Below are positions 1-14,041 of a stretch of DNA of 64,000 bases, piece after piece (the stretch's first letter is position 1; each line of letters begins with the position of its first letter). The notes under the pieces are model-generated. The model searched no databases. It saw only the letters and a list, made by a program, of their open reading frames with translations, and had not been told where the DNA came from. The stretch is from the human T2T-CHM13v2.0 reference genome, Homo sapiens: assembly GCF_009914755.1 (NCBI RefSeq), contig NC_060925.1; one strand, written 5' to 3'. Both the position numbers and the translations under genes were made by a program.

Positions 1-2512
<2,512 letters not shown>

Positions 2513-2575
2513 GATGATGTTAGCTGGTTATTTTGCTCGTTAGTTGATGCAGTTTCTTCCTAGTCTCAATGGTCT

Positions 2576-3591
2576 TTACATTTTGGCATGATTTTGCAGT
2601 GGCTGGTACCAGTTGTTCCTTTCCATGTTTAGCACTTCCTTCAGGAGCTCTTTTAGGGCAGGCCTGGTGGTGACAAAATCTCTCAGCATTTGCTTGTCTG
2701 TAAAGTAGTTTATTTCTCCTTCACTTATGAAGCTTAGTTTGGCTGGATATGAAATTCGGGGTGGAAAATTCTTTTCTTTAAGAATGTTGAATATTGGCCC
2801 CCACTCTCTTCTGGTTTGTAGAGTTTCTGCCGAGATATCCGCTGTTAGTCTGATGGGCTTCCCTTTGAGGGTAACCTGACCTTTCTCTCTGGCTGCCCTT
2901 AACATTTTTTCCTTCATTTCAACTTCGGTGAATCTGACAATTATGTGTCTTGGAGTTGCTCTTCTCAAGGAGTATCTTTGTGGCGTTCTCTGTATTTCCT
3001 GAATCTGAATGTTGGCCTGCCTTGCTGGATTGGGGAAGTTCCCCTGGATAATATCCTGCAGAGTGTTTTCCAACTTGGTTCCATTCTCCCCGTCACTTTC
3101 AGGTACACCAGTCAGACATAGATTTGGTCTTTTCACATCGTCCCATATTTCTTGGGAGGCTTTGCTCGTTTCTTTTTATTTTTTTCTCTAAACTTCCCTT
3201 CTCGCTTCATTTCATTCATTTCATCTTCCATCGCTGATACCCTTTCTTCCAGTTGATCGCATCAGCTCCTGAGGCTTCTGCATTCTTTATGTAGTTCTCA
3301 AGCCTTGGTTTTCAGCTCCATCAGCTCCTTTAAGCACTTCTCTGTATTGGTTATTCTAGTTATACATTCTTCTAAATTTTTTTCAAAGTTTTCAACTTCT
3401 TTGCCCTTGGTTTGAATGTCCTCCCGTAGCTCAGAGTAATTTGATCATCTGAAGCCTTCTTCTCTCAGCTCGTCAAAGTCATTCTCCGTCCAGCTTTGTT
3501 CTGTTGCTGGTGAGGAACTGCGTTCCTTTGGAGGAGGAGAGGTGCTCTGCCTTTTAGAGTTTCCAGTTTTTCTGCTCTGTTTTTTCCCAAT
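2576..3591 (-). pseudogene. L1 ORF1 (disabled)
   Basis: C-terminal 186 aa open (…RPALKELLKEVLNMERNNWYQPLQNHAKM); start codon reads ATT at 3589-3591; small indels near 3154-3185; span 1016 nt vs canonical 1017. Confidence 0.93.
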
Positions 3592-3899
3592 CTTTGTGGT
3601 TTTATCTACTTTTGGTCTTTGATGATGGTGATGTACAGATGGGTTTTTGGTGTGGATGTCCTTTCTGTTTGTTAGTTTTCCTTCTAACAGACAGGACCCT
3701 CAGCTGCAGGTCTGTTGGAGTACCCGGCCATGTGAGATGTCAGTCTGCCCCTGCTTGGGGGGTGCCTCCCAGTTAGGCTGCTCGGGGTTCAGGGGTCAGG
3801 GACCCACTTGAGGAGGCAGTCTGCCCGTTCTCAGATCTCCAGCTGCGTGCTGGGAGAACCACTGCTCTCTTCAAAGCTGTCAGACAGGGACATTTAAGT

Positions 3900-4100
3900 C
3901 TGCAGAGGTTACTGCTGTCTTTTTGTTTGTCTGTGCCCTGCCCCCAGAGGTGGAGCCTACAGAGGCAGGCAGGCCTCCTTGAGCTGTGATGGGCTCCACC
4001 CAGTTCGAGCTTCCCGGCTGCTTTGTTTACCTAAGCAAGCCTGGGCAATGGCGGGCGCCCCTCTCCCAGCCTCACTGCCGCTTTGCTGTTTGATCTCAGA
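3900..4100 (+). promoter_or_regulatory. L1 antisense promoter region, firing into the window
   Basis: Corresponds to ~nt 400-600 of the L1 5'UTR, the established ASP position; activity inferred. Confidence 0.6.
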
Positions 4101-4356
4101 CTGCTGTGCTAGCAATCAGCGAGACTCCGTGGGCGTAGGACCCTCCGATCCAGGTGCGGGATATAATCTCCTGGTGTGCCGTTTTTTAAGCCCATCGGAA
4201 AAGCGCAGTATTCGGGTGGGAGTGACCCGATTTTCCAGGTGCCGTCTGTCACCCCTTTCTTTGACTAGGAAAGGGAACTCCCTGATCCCTTGCGCTTCCC
4301 GAGTGAGGCAATGCCTCGCCCTGCTTTGGCTGGCACACGGTGCGAGCACCCCCTGA
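4048..4356 (+). CDS. L1 ORF0 (antisense ORF), open, 102 aa
   Basis: GCAATGG context; MAGAPLPASLPLCCLISDCCASNQRDSVGVGPS…IRVGVTRFSRC matches the ORF0 peptide; donors after nt 106 (4153) and nt 191 (4238) retain GT. Translation not demonstrated. Confidence 0.75.
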   Translation: MAGAPLPASLPLCCLISDCCASNQRDSVGVGPSDPGAGYNLLVCRFLSPSEKRSIRVGVTRFSRCRLSPLSLTRKGNSLIPCASRVRQCLALLWLAHGASTP

Positions 4357-4500
4357 CCTGCGCCCACTGTCTGGCACTCCCTAGTGAGATGAACCCGGTA
4401 CCTCAGATGGAAATGCAGAAATCACCTGTCTTCTGCATTGCTCACGCTGGGAGCTGTAGACCGGAGCTGTTTCTATTCAGACATCTTGGCTCTTCCCCCC

Positions 4501-6180
4501 TAGAAGAAACAATTCTAAACTTCATATGGAACCACAAAAGACCCTGAATAGCCAAGGCTATCCTAAACAAAAAGAACAAAACTGGAGGAATCACATTACT
4601 TGACTTTAAAATATACTACAGAGTTATAGTAGCCAAAACAGTACAGTACTGGCATAAAAATAGACACATAGATCAGTGGAACAGAGAACCCAGAGATAAA
4701 TAGATACATCTATGATGAGCTCATTTTTGACAAACATGCCAAGAGCATACACTGGGAAAAAAAGTCTCTTCAATAAATGATGCAGGGAAAACTGGATATC
4801 CATATGCAGAAGAATGAAACTAGACCCCTATCTCTAAAAATATACAAAAATCAAATCAAGAAGAATTACAGACTTAAATATAAGACCTAAAACTATGATA
4901 CTACTAAAAGAAAACATTAGGGAAACTCTCCAGGACATTGGACTGGGCAAAGATTTCTTGAGTAATACCCCACAAGCACAGGCAACCAAAGCAAAAAGGG
5001 ACAAATAGGATCACATCAAATTAAAAGGCTTCTGCATAGCAAAGGAAACAATCAACAAAGTGAATAGAAAACCCACAGAATGAGATAAAATATTTCAAAC
5101 TACCCATTTCACAAGGGATTAATAAGCAGATTATATAAGGCACTCAAACAACTCTACAGGAAAAAAAAATCTAATAATTTGATTAAAAATGGGCAAAAGA
5201 TCTGAATAGACATTTCTCAAAAGAAGACATACAAATGGCAAGTAGGTATATGAAAAGGTGCTCAACATTATTGATCATCAGAGAAATGCAAATCAAAACT
5301 ACAATGAGGTATCATCTCACCTCTGCTAAAATGGCTTTTCTCCAAAAGTCAGGCAATAACAAATGCTGGTGAGGATGTTGAGAAAAAGGAACCCTCGTAC
5401 ATTGTAGATGGGAATATAAACTAGTACAATCACAAAGGAAAAGAGTTTGAAGGTTTCTCAAAAAAACTAAAAATAGAGCTACTATATGATTCAGCAATCC
5501 CACTCCTAGGTATATACTGAAAAGAAAGGAAATCTGTATATCAAAGTGATATCTGCACTCCGGTGTTTGTTGCAGATCTATTCACAATAGTCAAGGTTTG
5601 GAGGCAACCTATATTCATCAACAGATGAATGGATAAAAAAAAATGTTACACATACACAATGGAGTACTATTCAGCCATAAAAAGAACAAGATCCTGTCAT
5701 TTGTAACAACATGGATGAAACTGGAGGCCATTATGTTAAGTGAAATAAGCCAGGCACAGAAAGTCATACTTCACATATTCTCACTTACTTATGGGAGCTA
5801 AAAATTAAAACAATTTAACTCATGGAGATAGAGAGTAGAAGGATGGTTACCAGAGGCTGGGAAGGGTAGTCAAGAGGAGAGGTGGAGGGGTAGGGAGTGG
5901 GGATGGATAATGGGTACAAAAAGAATAGCTAGAAAGGGTGAGTAAGATCTAGCACAACAGGGTGATTATAGTAAAAAAATAATTTAATTGCACATTTAAA
6001 AATAACTAAAAGAGTAAAATTGAATTGTTTGTAACACAAAGGATAAATGCTGGAGGTGATGGGTACCCCATTTACCCTGCTGTGACCATTATGCATTGCA
6101 TGCCTGTATCAAAATAGCTCATGGACCCCATAAATATACACACCTACTATGTATGCACAAAAATTAAAAATTAAAAAAAG
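4501..6180 (+). mobile_element. L1MA1-3-type LINE-1, ORF2 3' end and 3'UTR (host of the L1PA insertion)
   Basis: Degenerate ORF2 C-terminus, ends …cacctactatgtatgcacaaaaattaaaaattaaaaaaa. Confidence 0.88.
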
Positions 6181-6329
6181 TAAGTGGATCAAAACCAAAT
6201 AAGTACGTGGGCATATTTTAGAATGTGAGAAATAAATAAATAAATTTCACTGTTTTTTTTCCATTTGCAAAAACAAAATCAGCTACATGTAAATAAAAAC
6301 AAATCAAATTATAGCAAATTTTAATTGCG

Positions 6330-7340
6330 ATTAATCATGTATTGAGCCTCTACTAGGTGCTCAACAATGATCTAGCTCTGGAGATGAAGCAGTGAGTAAA
6401 ACATACAAAAAACAGGCTCTTGTACATCTGGAGCTTATAGTCTACTGGAAAAGACAGAAAATAAGATTAAGAAAAATGTACAGTATGATTTATAATGTAA
6501 ACTTCGAAGAAAATATAAGTACCTCCTTGGAAAGGGCGAAATCATGAGAGGTGGATAAGAGTTAAAATGTTGCATAGGGAAGCCAGGGAGGCCTCACCAA
6601 GGGGTGCCACTGGAATAAAGATCTGAAGGAAGTGAGGAAGAAAGCTGTGCAAATGTTTTGGGGGATGAGCATTCCATGCAGGGAGAACAGCATTTGTGAA
6701 TGCCCTGAGGGAGGATCATGTTTTGTATTGCTGGACTCAGTAAACACCAGAGTAGCTGGAGGTAAATTCAGAGAGGTGGTGTCTTAGTCCACCTGTGCTG
6801 CTTGAGACTGGGTGATTTTTAATAAACAAATTTATTGACTCACAGTTCTGGAGGCTGGGAAGTCCAAGCTTAAGGCCTTGATATCTGGCGAGGGCCTTCT
6901 TGCTGCATCCTCCCAGGAAGGAAGGTAGAAGGGCAAAGAGGCAAAAGAAAGTCAAACTTGCTCTTTTGTAACAGCATTAATCCTACCCCTGAGGGCAGAG
7001 CCCTTGGCCCTATCACATCCCAAAGGTTCCACCTCCTGCCACCACCATGTTGCCAAGCAAATTTCAACCTAAGTTTTGAAGGGTACAAACATTTAAACCA
7101 CAGCAGTTGGCAAAGGGCCAGGCCATTGTGAAGATATTGGCTTCGACTCAGAGTGAGGTGAAAGCCCTTGAAGATTCTCAGCAGATGGGCAGGAACTGGC
7201 TTGGGTGTTAACAGAGCCACTCTGGCTGATGTGATGAACATCAACTGGGGTAGGAGACATAAGCCAGAGGCCACTTAGGAGGCAATTATAATACCCAGGA
7301 ATGAGGCCCCAGTGCCTTGGACTCCAGGGGAGCCTGAAGT
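6330..7340 (-). mobile_element. L2 fragment interrupted by MST LTR
   Basis: attgagcctctactaggtgct…, agggaggcctc…, ggccattgtgaagatattggctt typical L2 3' region. Confidence 0.7.
6780..7105 (-). mobile_element. MST-type (ERVL-MaLR) solo LTR
   Basis: tgtcttagtcc…ctcacagttctggaggctgggaagtccaag…aaacatttaaaccacagca. Confidence 0.8.
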
Positions 7341-7389
7341 GGTGAGGAGCAGCTGTGCCACACTCCCTGGGCTGTCTTTCCTCATTCTG

Positions 7390-7770
7390 CTGCTTCTTGG
7401 GCACTTTTGAGGGATCCTTTTCAGGCTCTGACTCCAAATGTTGAGGTATCCAGATTCAGTCCTTGGTCTCTTCTCTTTGCTAAAGACACTTACTCCTTGG
7501 TGATCTCATCCCATCTTTGTATCTTCAGCTAGACTTTCCCCAGGGTCACATACACAACTGCCTGCTCAACCTCACCCCTGGGATATCTTAACCTTAACTC
7601 ACTCAAGGTAACTTACTCCGGAGAAACCAACAACACCTGCTCCCGCATCTCAGCCAGTGCACACTTCACTCTTCTGGCTACTTGCTCCTTCTCTCACGAC
7701 CACTTCTGATCTGTCAGTACATCCTATTGGCACCACCTTAAAAATACAACCAGAAAATCCATTAGAAAGG
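7390..7770 (+). mobile_element. L2 fragment
   Basis: tccttggtgatctcatcc…caactgcctgctcaac…acatcctattggcaccacctt. Confidence 0.6.
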
Positions 7771-8717
7771 AAACATTCCCAGAAATCCCATCCCTGTTAG
7801 TTCACAGTTAACACTGGTACCAACTCCCCCTAAATAAAGTTTGTATAGATAATCATTGACACAAATGGGCTCAGGAGACACATACAGGGGCCTTGACGTC
7901 TCAGTAAGATTCAGGCTTTTGTTTATTCTCTTTGTGCTGGGGGCAGGGTATTCCATTCCTGAGTAGTTATTTTTTCCCTTTTTAAAAAAATTTTCTTGCT
8001 TCTAGAGGTGAAAACCTGAGTGTTTTTATTCCTTTTTCACTCCTCACAATGTCAACCCTGGACACACACTAGTAGATATGGGATGACCGTACTTGCACTC
8101 ATAATTCTCTGTCTCACTTCTCCAAATCCCCACTTGAACTAAATCATGACTGGATAGCTGTGAACTCTGGCATCCAGGAATATGACAAGTCCTTGGGAGC
8201 TGCCACTGATTCCAGCAGGAACAACAGATTCCTTTAACTTTAAGGGAGGTGTGAAGAGTGTAGCCAAGATGTGAAAGCCAAAGGTGATAGCCTTTAAACG
8301 CAGTTTAAGCCTCTTTATCCCCTGAGCCAATGGCTTCAAAGAGAGGCTTCCAGAGAAGACCACAAAATTATTAAGAGGAAAATCCTTATGTCTTTGTCAA
8401 AAGTTTTAGAAAGAAAAGGTAAGTGTATATGGGGTGGACATGTACATATATATTACAGCATATCTAGTAATGACTCAGCCTTCTCCAGCCTGCACGATGA
8501 CTCTGTAATAGGGAGCGACTGAGTGGTGCCTTCCCTTGATTGTCAGAAGTGGTGCCATCATCTCTCCTGTAGCTGGATTCGGTTCCTAGTTGGCCAGTCA
8601 GTCTTCAGATGTTCAAGGCGGGACGATTGCACACCAGACCCTGTGGAGGGTGCTGGATATACAGCATCCAAGTAGCCTGGCAGGGTGTCTCTGCCCTTCC
8701 CCAAGCTTCCATCTGGC

Positions 8718-8949
8718 CATGATTTCTGAGCCATGGCTCCATTATTTGGGGCCACATCATTCTTTGTTGTGGGAGTGTCCTGTGCATTGTCGGAGGTTTC
8801 ACAGCATCCCTGACCTTTACCCACTAGATGCCAGTAGCACACCTCGGTCATGACAATAGAGAAAAAGTCTGCGAACATTGCCAAATGTCCCCTGGGCGGA
8901 GGCGGGTGTGGGGGTGGGGGGACAAAACTGCACTAGTTAAGAATTGCTA
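8718..8949 (+). mobile_element. MER20 hAT-Charlie DNA transposon
   Basis: tcctgtgcattgt…cagcatccctgacctttacccactagatgccagtagcac…acattgccaaatgtcccctggg. Confidence 0.9.
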
Positions 8950-9895
8950 GTTTAGCCCAGTGGAATCAAGAGTCCTGTTTTTGTAATTCTCATGGTGATT
9001 CTAATGGCGACCAGACCAGGCATCACTGCTCCAATCCACTGAATAAGTGTATACATTTTCTAGTTGGGGTCTTCTGGTCAGGAGGGGAGGGTATTGTTTG
9101 CCTTTGGCTTTCTTTCTGCTCTAGGGACTTCCTTCCATGGTGCAGTGGTCAATAAATGTGAAGTCAAGCGCAAGGGAAAGACAGCATTCTGCAGCCCCTC
9201 CTTCCGGACTGTTCTCTGCTGGCTCATTTGTGCAAACTTGAATATTGTTTGTTTTTAAGGTTCCACCATCTCTCTGAGTTCTTTTCTTGCAGGCATTCAT
9301 CCTTGTCAAATCAAACGGTCAAAGTTCACATTCATGCCACAGGACTTGTCAGGGCTCCAAACAGGCACTTTCTCAAAGTATTTTTGCCCAAGGAACCATC
9401 TCGTGTATCACCTCTTGTTGATCTATTTCACAAGTTTGAGAACGCTGAAGTCACTTCTGCAAAGAACAAAGTAAATGCCCACCAAATAATAGATGCTATA
9501 TTGCTATTATCATCATGATTATCAGTATGTAGCAAGAATAAAAGCATAAAATAAAAATATTTAGGTCACGAACTCTTACAGACATCATTGCATTTTAGAG
9601 AAGCCGTTTGGTACTGAGGATCCTCTGTGTGCCTTTGGGGCCAAGGAAATCAACCGTATTCCTTCAAATAACAAGGAAATACACGCTTTGTAGAATAATA
9701 GTTCATAGTAGCCTCACGAAGAGTTTGCCATAGTTGCTTATTCCAGGGGACACATTTGCAGGGTGACAAGTGGCACCCTCCCCAGTCTCTGACAATTAAT
9801 ATCTGTGCTTGGATGTTTTCTTAGAAGTACCCCAGGATTATATTGCTAGCATTGAGGACCTAAATCAGAGAGAATTGCTATTTCTAAAAGTCATG

Positions 9896-10020
9896 GAGGG
9901 AGGCTGAAGTGGGAGGATCACTTGATCCCAGGATGCAGAGGTTGCAGTAAGCCACTGCACTCCACACTCCCGCCTGAGTGACAGAGCCAGACCCAATCTC
10001 AAAAAAAAAAAAAAAAAAAA
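9896..10020 (+). mobile_element. 5'-truncated Alu (right arm, AluJ-like) with TSD
   Basis: Right-arm sequence plus polyA, flanked by AAAAGTCATG on both sides. Confidence 0.9.
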
Positions 10021-10874
10021 GTCATGAAAACTTTTACCTGTAAACTCCCCAGCTGAAAGAAATGTGTGTGTTTTTTTAATGTAGTTGGAAAGCCCTTTAA
10101 ACTCATTTTAATGGTATCAGGAGAATTAGAGCTTTGCTGTTAAGGATTTGATGATCAAAGGCAGGCAGCCTTGATTGGCATTTATCTTTTGCTGTGCAGC
10201 TGCTTCAGGCTTTTTGATGTTCTCTTGTCACCAAATGGGCAGGACGGAAGAAAAGAACCTTTTTTATGGTGAGGACCCCCCCACACACATGCCAGCAGTA
10301 CAAAGGTGGGCTTGGTTAGTGCGTTAACGCAATGATGCTGATTTTCCTATTTGCTTTAGTGTTCAAAAGATGCAAAAGCTCCTAGGGCCATTAAGATGGC
10401 ATGTGATCTTATGTCAAGGGGAATGGCAATGGCCTGAGACCCTGGGACTCTCTTGCCATCACTGCCATTTCAGCAGACAAATGGATTTCCAATATTCTCC
10501 TGGCCAGACTATTTCAAGATTGCCAATAAATAAATAATGAAGGAATCTGGGATGGGGGTAGAAAGAGTCACCTACCCAGTGATTGAAGGAAACAACTGAA
10601 AAGCTTTTTTAAATATAAATCAACATTATGTAATAATAAGTGATGGTATTTGGTTGATACTTTTATCATTTTTATAATCTAAAGCCTTACACACGTTATC
10701 ACATATGACTGTCATAACACTCCTGGGAAAATATAGATAGGATCGAAGGTAGTTTATATTAACCCCATTTAAACCCAGAGGTTAAGTAGCTCCTTTACAA
10801 TCTTAACACTCTTCACCACTAAGTGATATTGTCATTCTTTCCCTCCACTGAAGAAGGGAGCTAACTCCCACTGT

Positions 10875-11100
10875 TTCTCAGTCCTTACTATATGTTGGGC
10901 TGGTATTAGTGCTTTGCATATATTATCTTGTTGAACGCAGTAAGAACTCTGTGAGGTGGGTAGGAAGTGTTCCTCTCTTACAGATATGGGGACAGTATTG
11001 GATAAGTTAGACTGATATGCCCAAGGTCACCCAGCTAGTGAGTGACAGACAGGGATATGACCTAGCTTTGCAGACTCAGGAGCTTCTGTTCAGTCCAGTC
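10875..11100 (-). mobile_element. MIR
   Basis: ttacagatatggggac…gcccaaggtcacccagctagtgagtgacaga. Confidence 0.75.
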
Positions 11101-11227
11101 TACTTTGCACTACTGTGATGGCTAAGTCCTAGGCAGTGATCTCTTTGAAGGCAAAGACTGCCTAACTCACCTCTGCTTCCTCAGTGCCTAGCACAGGCCC
11201 TGGTACAGAATAGGCCCTACTGGGGCT

Positions 11228-11373
11228 GAAGGATGGAAGGAGAGAGAGAGGGAGAGAATAAGGGGGAAAAGAAGGAAGGAGAGGAGAGAGAATGAGATGG
11301 AGGAGAGAAGAAAAAAGAGGGAGTAAAAGAAAAGGAAGAAAAGAGGCAGGGAGAGAAAAGGAAGAGAAGGCAG
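11228..11373. repeat. GA-rich polypurine tract following an L2 3' end
   Basis: ~145 nt almost purely G/A after cagtgcctagcacagg…. Confidence 0.85.
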
Positions 11374-11951
11374 GTGGTCTGCTTTAGCTGTTTCTACATA
11401 TCACCTCGAATGAAACAAGAAAGAAGTCTGTGTTGATGTTGTCACTGTTTATTGTTATTTTACTAATGTACTACCTATAACATTCTGCTTTCCACCTCCA
11501 CTTTTTTTTAAGTGCTTGGAATAGTCATGTCCTGGTAGGAAGAGATGGATTTAGGGTCTACTTAAAAAGGCGTAGGTGCATTCTGTCCTTGGCTGGGGCT
11601 CTTACCACCGCCAGGGCAGAAGGTAGACGTGGACCAGTGGCTCCTGGAATCACGGAGAGGGCTGTGGCTGTGGCTGGTGGGAGCTGCAGCTCCTGTGGAG
11701 GAACATAGCTACTAACTGGCTGTTGCAAAAGGCAGGCAGGGGACTAATTTACTTACCCCGACACCTCCTCTCTGATTTTCAGTCCCCTGCTGGTGCCCTT
11801 CAGTGATCAAACCCAACAGCAAGCTGTAAGACTAGGGTATCCTTGATCCAGAAATGTCAGCCTCCCAGGGAAAGATGCAGCACGGACTTGGCGGGGCAAC
11901 AAGACTCGCGCTGAGTTAGAAGACGGATACTAGTGAAGACATTTAACGTGA

Positions 11952-11965
11952 ACAGCAGGGGGCAC
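11952..11965 (+). promoter_or_regulatory. Candidate CTCF site
   Basis: ACAGCAGGGGGCAC, 13/14 to CCASYAGRKGGCRS. Confidence 0.6.
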
Positions 11966-12048
11966 CAAACAGGAGTGGCACTGACCAATCAGAGCAGTGC
12001 CAGCCATAATAACCCCACAGTTCTTGTACCTTTTTAAGACTTAAAGTG

Positions 12049-12344
12049 GGGCTAGGTGGCTCATGCCTGTAATCCCAGCACTTTGGGAGGCCGAGGCAGG
12101 TAGATCACGAGGTCAGACGCTCGAGACCAGCCTGACCACCATGGTAAAACCCCCATCTCTACAAAAAATACAAAAATTAGCCTGGCATAGTGGCGCGCCC
12201 CTGTAATCCCAGCCACTCAGGAGGCTGAGGCAAGAGAATCGCTTGAACCCGGGAGGCAAAGGTTGCAGTGAGCCGAGACCGCACCACTGCTCTCCAGCCT
12301 GAGCGACAAGAGCAAGACTCCGTCTCAAAAAAAAAAAAAAAAAA
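12049..12344 (+). mobile_element. AluS (Sc/Sg-like)
   Basis: Dimeric Alu with polyA. Confidence 0.95.
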
Positions 12345-13351
12345 CTGCAACAAATAAAGCAAAACAAGAAAAAACTTAGGTCTTACACTGGTCTGCACTG
12401 AATGTGGGCCTTAGAAAAGATATCTACAAACAAAAGATATCTGTATGTCTCTAGGGGGATCTGCAGGAATGTACACACAGTTTCTCTAGTTCAGCCACAC
12501 CAGCTATGGCTCAGCTAGGGCAAACCCAAGTCCCTGCCAGCCAAAGACTATGACCCGTGGCTTAGACATACAGGTTCCAAAAAATGATGGGGAAATGCCC
12601 TTTACCAAAGGCCAATATCTAACTCCTTTTCTAACTTGTGAAAATTCTGGAGCATTGGCAATGCCCACCCGTCAGACTCACTCCCCTAACACGTGAGAAT
12701 TTTCCAAACTATTTTGACAGATGAAATTGCAGATAATTAGCTTGGCTCTGCCAACTTGAAATTACTGGGGATGATTTCTGTGGCTGTGTACTCGAGTTTC
12801 TGGAAGATAATCTAAAATTGAGAAGCAGGCCAGTGTTATCCTCATCTTACCCCTCCATCACTTCGTTACAAGTGTGGAAGAAAACTCTGGGCTGGTCATA
12901 AACATCTACAATAAATGCAGGGGAATAAGCCACTCAATTTAAGCCATGCAGCCTGGATCTGTTTTTAGCTGTGAGATTGAAAAAGTCCTGTCACCTAAAT
13001 GCCTTTTCTCTAATGTCAGCCATCTTTTTAAGACAGATTCCATTTTCTCTGCTCTATGAGTTTTTTTTTTTACTTAGAACAAGATTGGCAACTGAAAAAT
13101 AAAGTGAGATCTATAGAAAGTTTATGTCTCCATCTCTATTCCTACCTACTTCTCCTTCAGTGATGTCCATGACTTTGGATTTTGAAAGTTTGTTTCTCCC
13201 ATTTTTCTAGAGGCTACAGTCAATGTATCTTTGTAAGACTGAAATAGGATTGCAGTAATAGCCCCACTTCCTCTCTCTCTGTAGCTATAGTCTTTAGCAG
13301 GTGACTTCAGAGTTCCTCCCATACAGGTGATGTATATTTTCTCTCCCTATG

Positions 13352-13697
13352 TGTCTTCATCATCTCAGGCTGCCAGAACAAAATACTACAAACTGGGTGG
13401 CTTGAACAATGGAAGTTTCTCACAGTTTTGGAGACTGGAAGTCCAAGATCAGGGCACCAGCATGGTCAAATTCTGGTGAAGTTCCTCTTCCTGGCTTGTA
13501 GATGGCCTCCTTCTCATTGTGTCCTCATATGGTGCAGAGAGAGAGAATTTTGTCTCTTCTTTTTCATGTAAGGACACCATTAGCATCTTGGGAGTTTCAC
13601 CCCCATTTACCCCCATTTCACCCCACTTCCAAACATGACATTGAGTGTTAGGGATTCAACATGTACGTTTTAAGTGACACAAACAGCTCAGAACATC
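13352..13697 (-). mobile_element. MLT1A/B-type solo LTR
   Basis: ggctgccagaacaaaatactacaaactgggtggctt…ggaagtccaagatcagggcaccagc. Confidence 0.8.
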
Positions 13698-13734
13698 ATG
13701 CAACTCACTCTGACCAATAGAATAAGGCAGAAGC

Positions 13735-14041
<307 letters not shown>

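Noticed and set aside
10320-10331. Perfect 12-bp palindrome TGCGTTAACGCA
   Set aside because: About 16 such 12-bp palindromes are expected by chance in 64 kb
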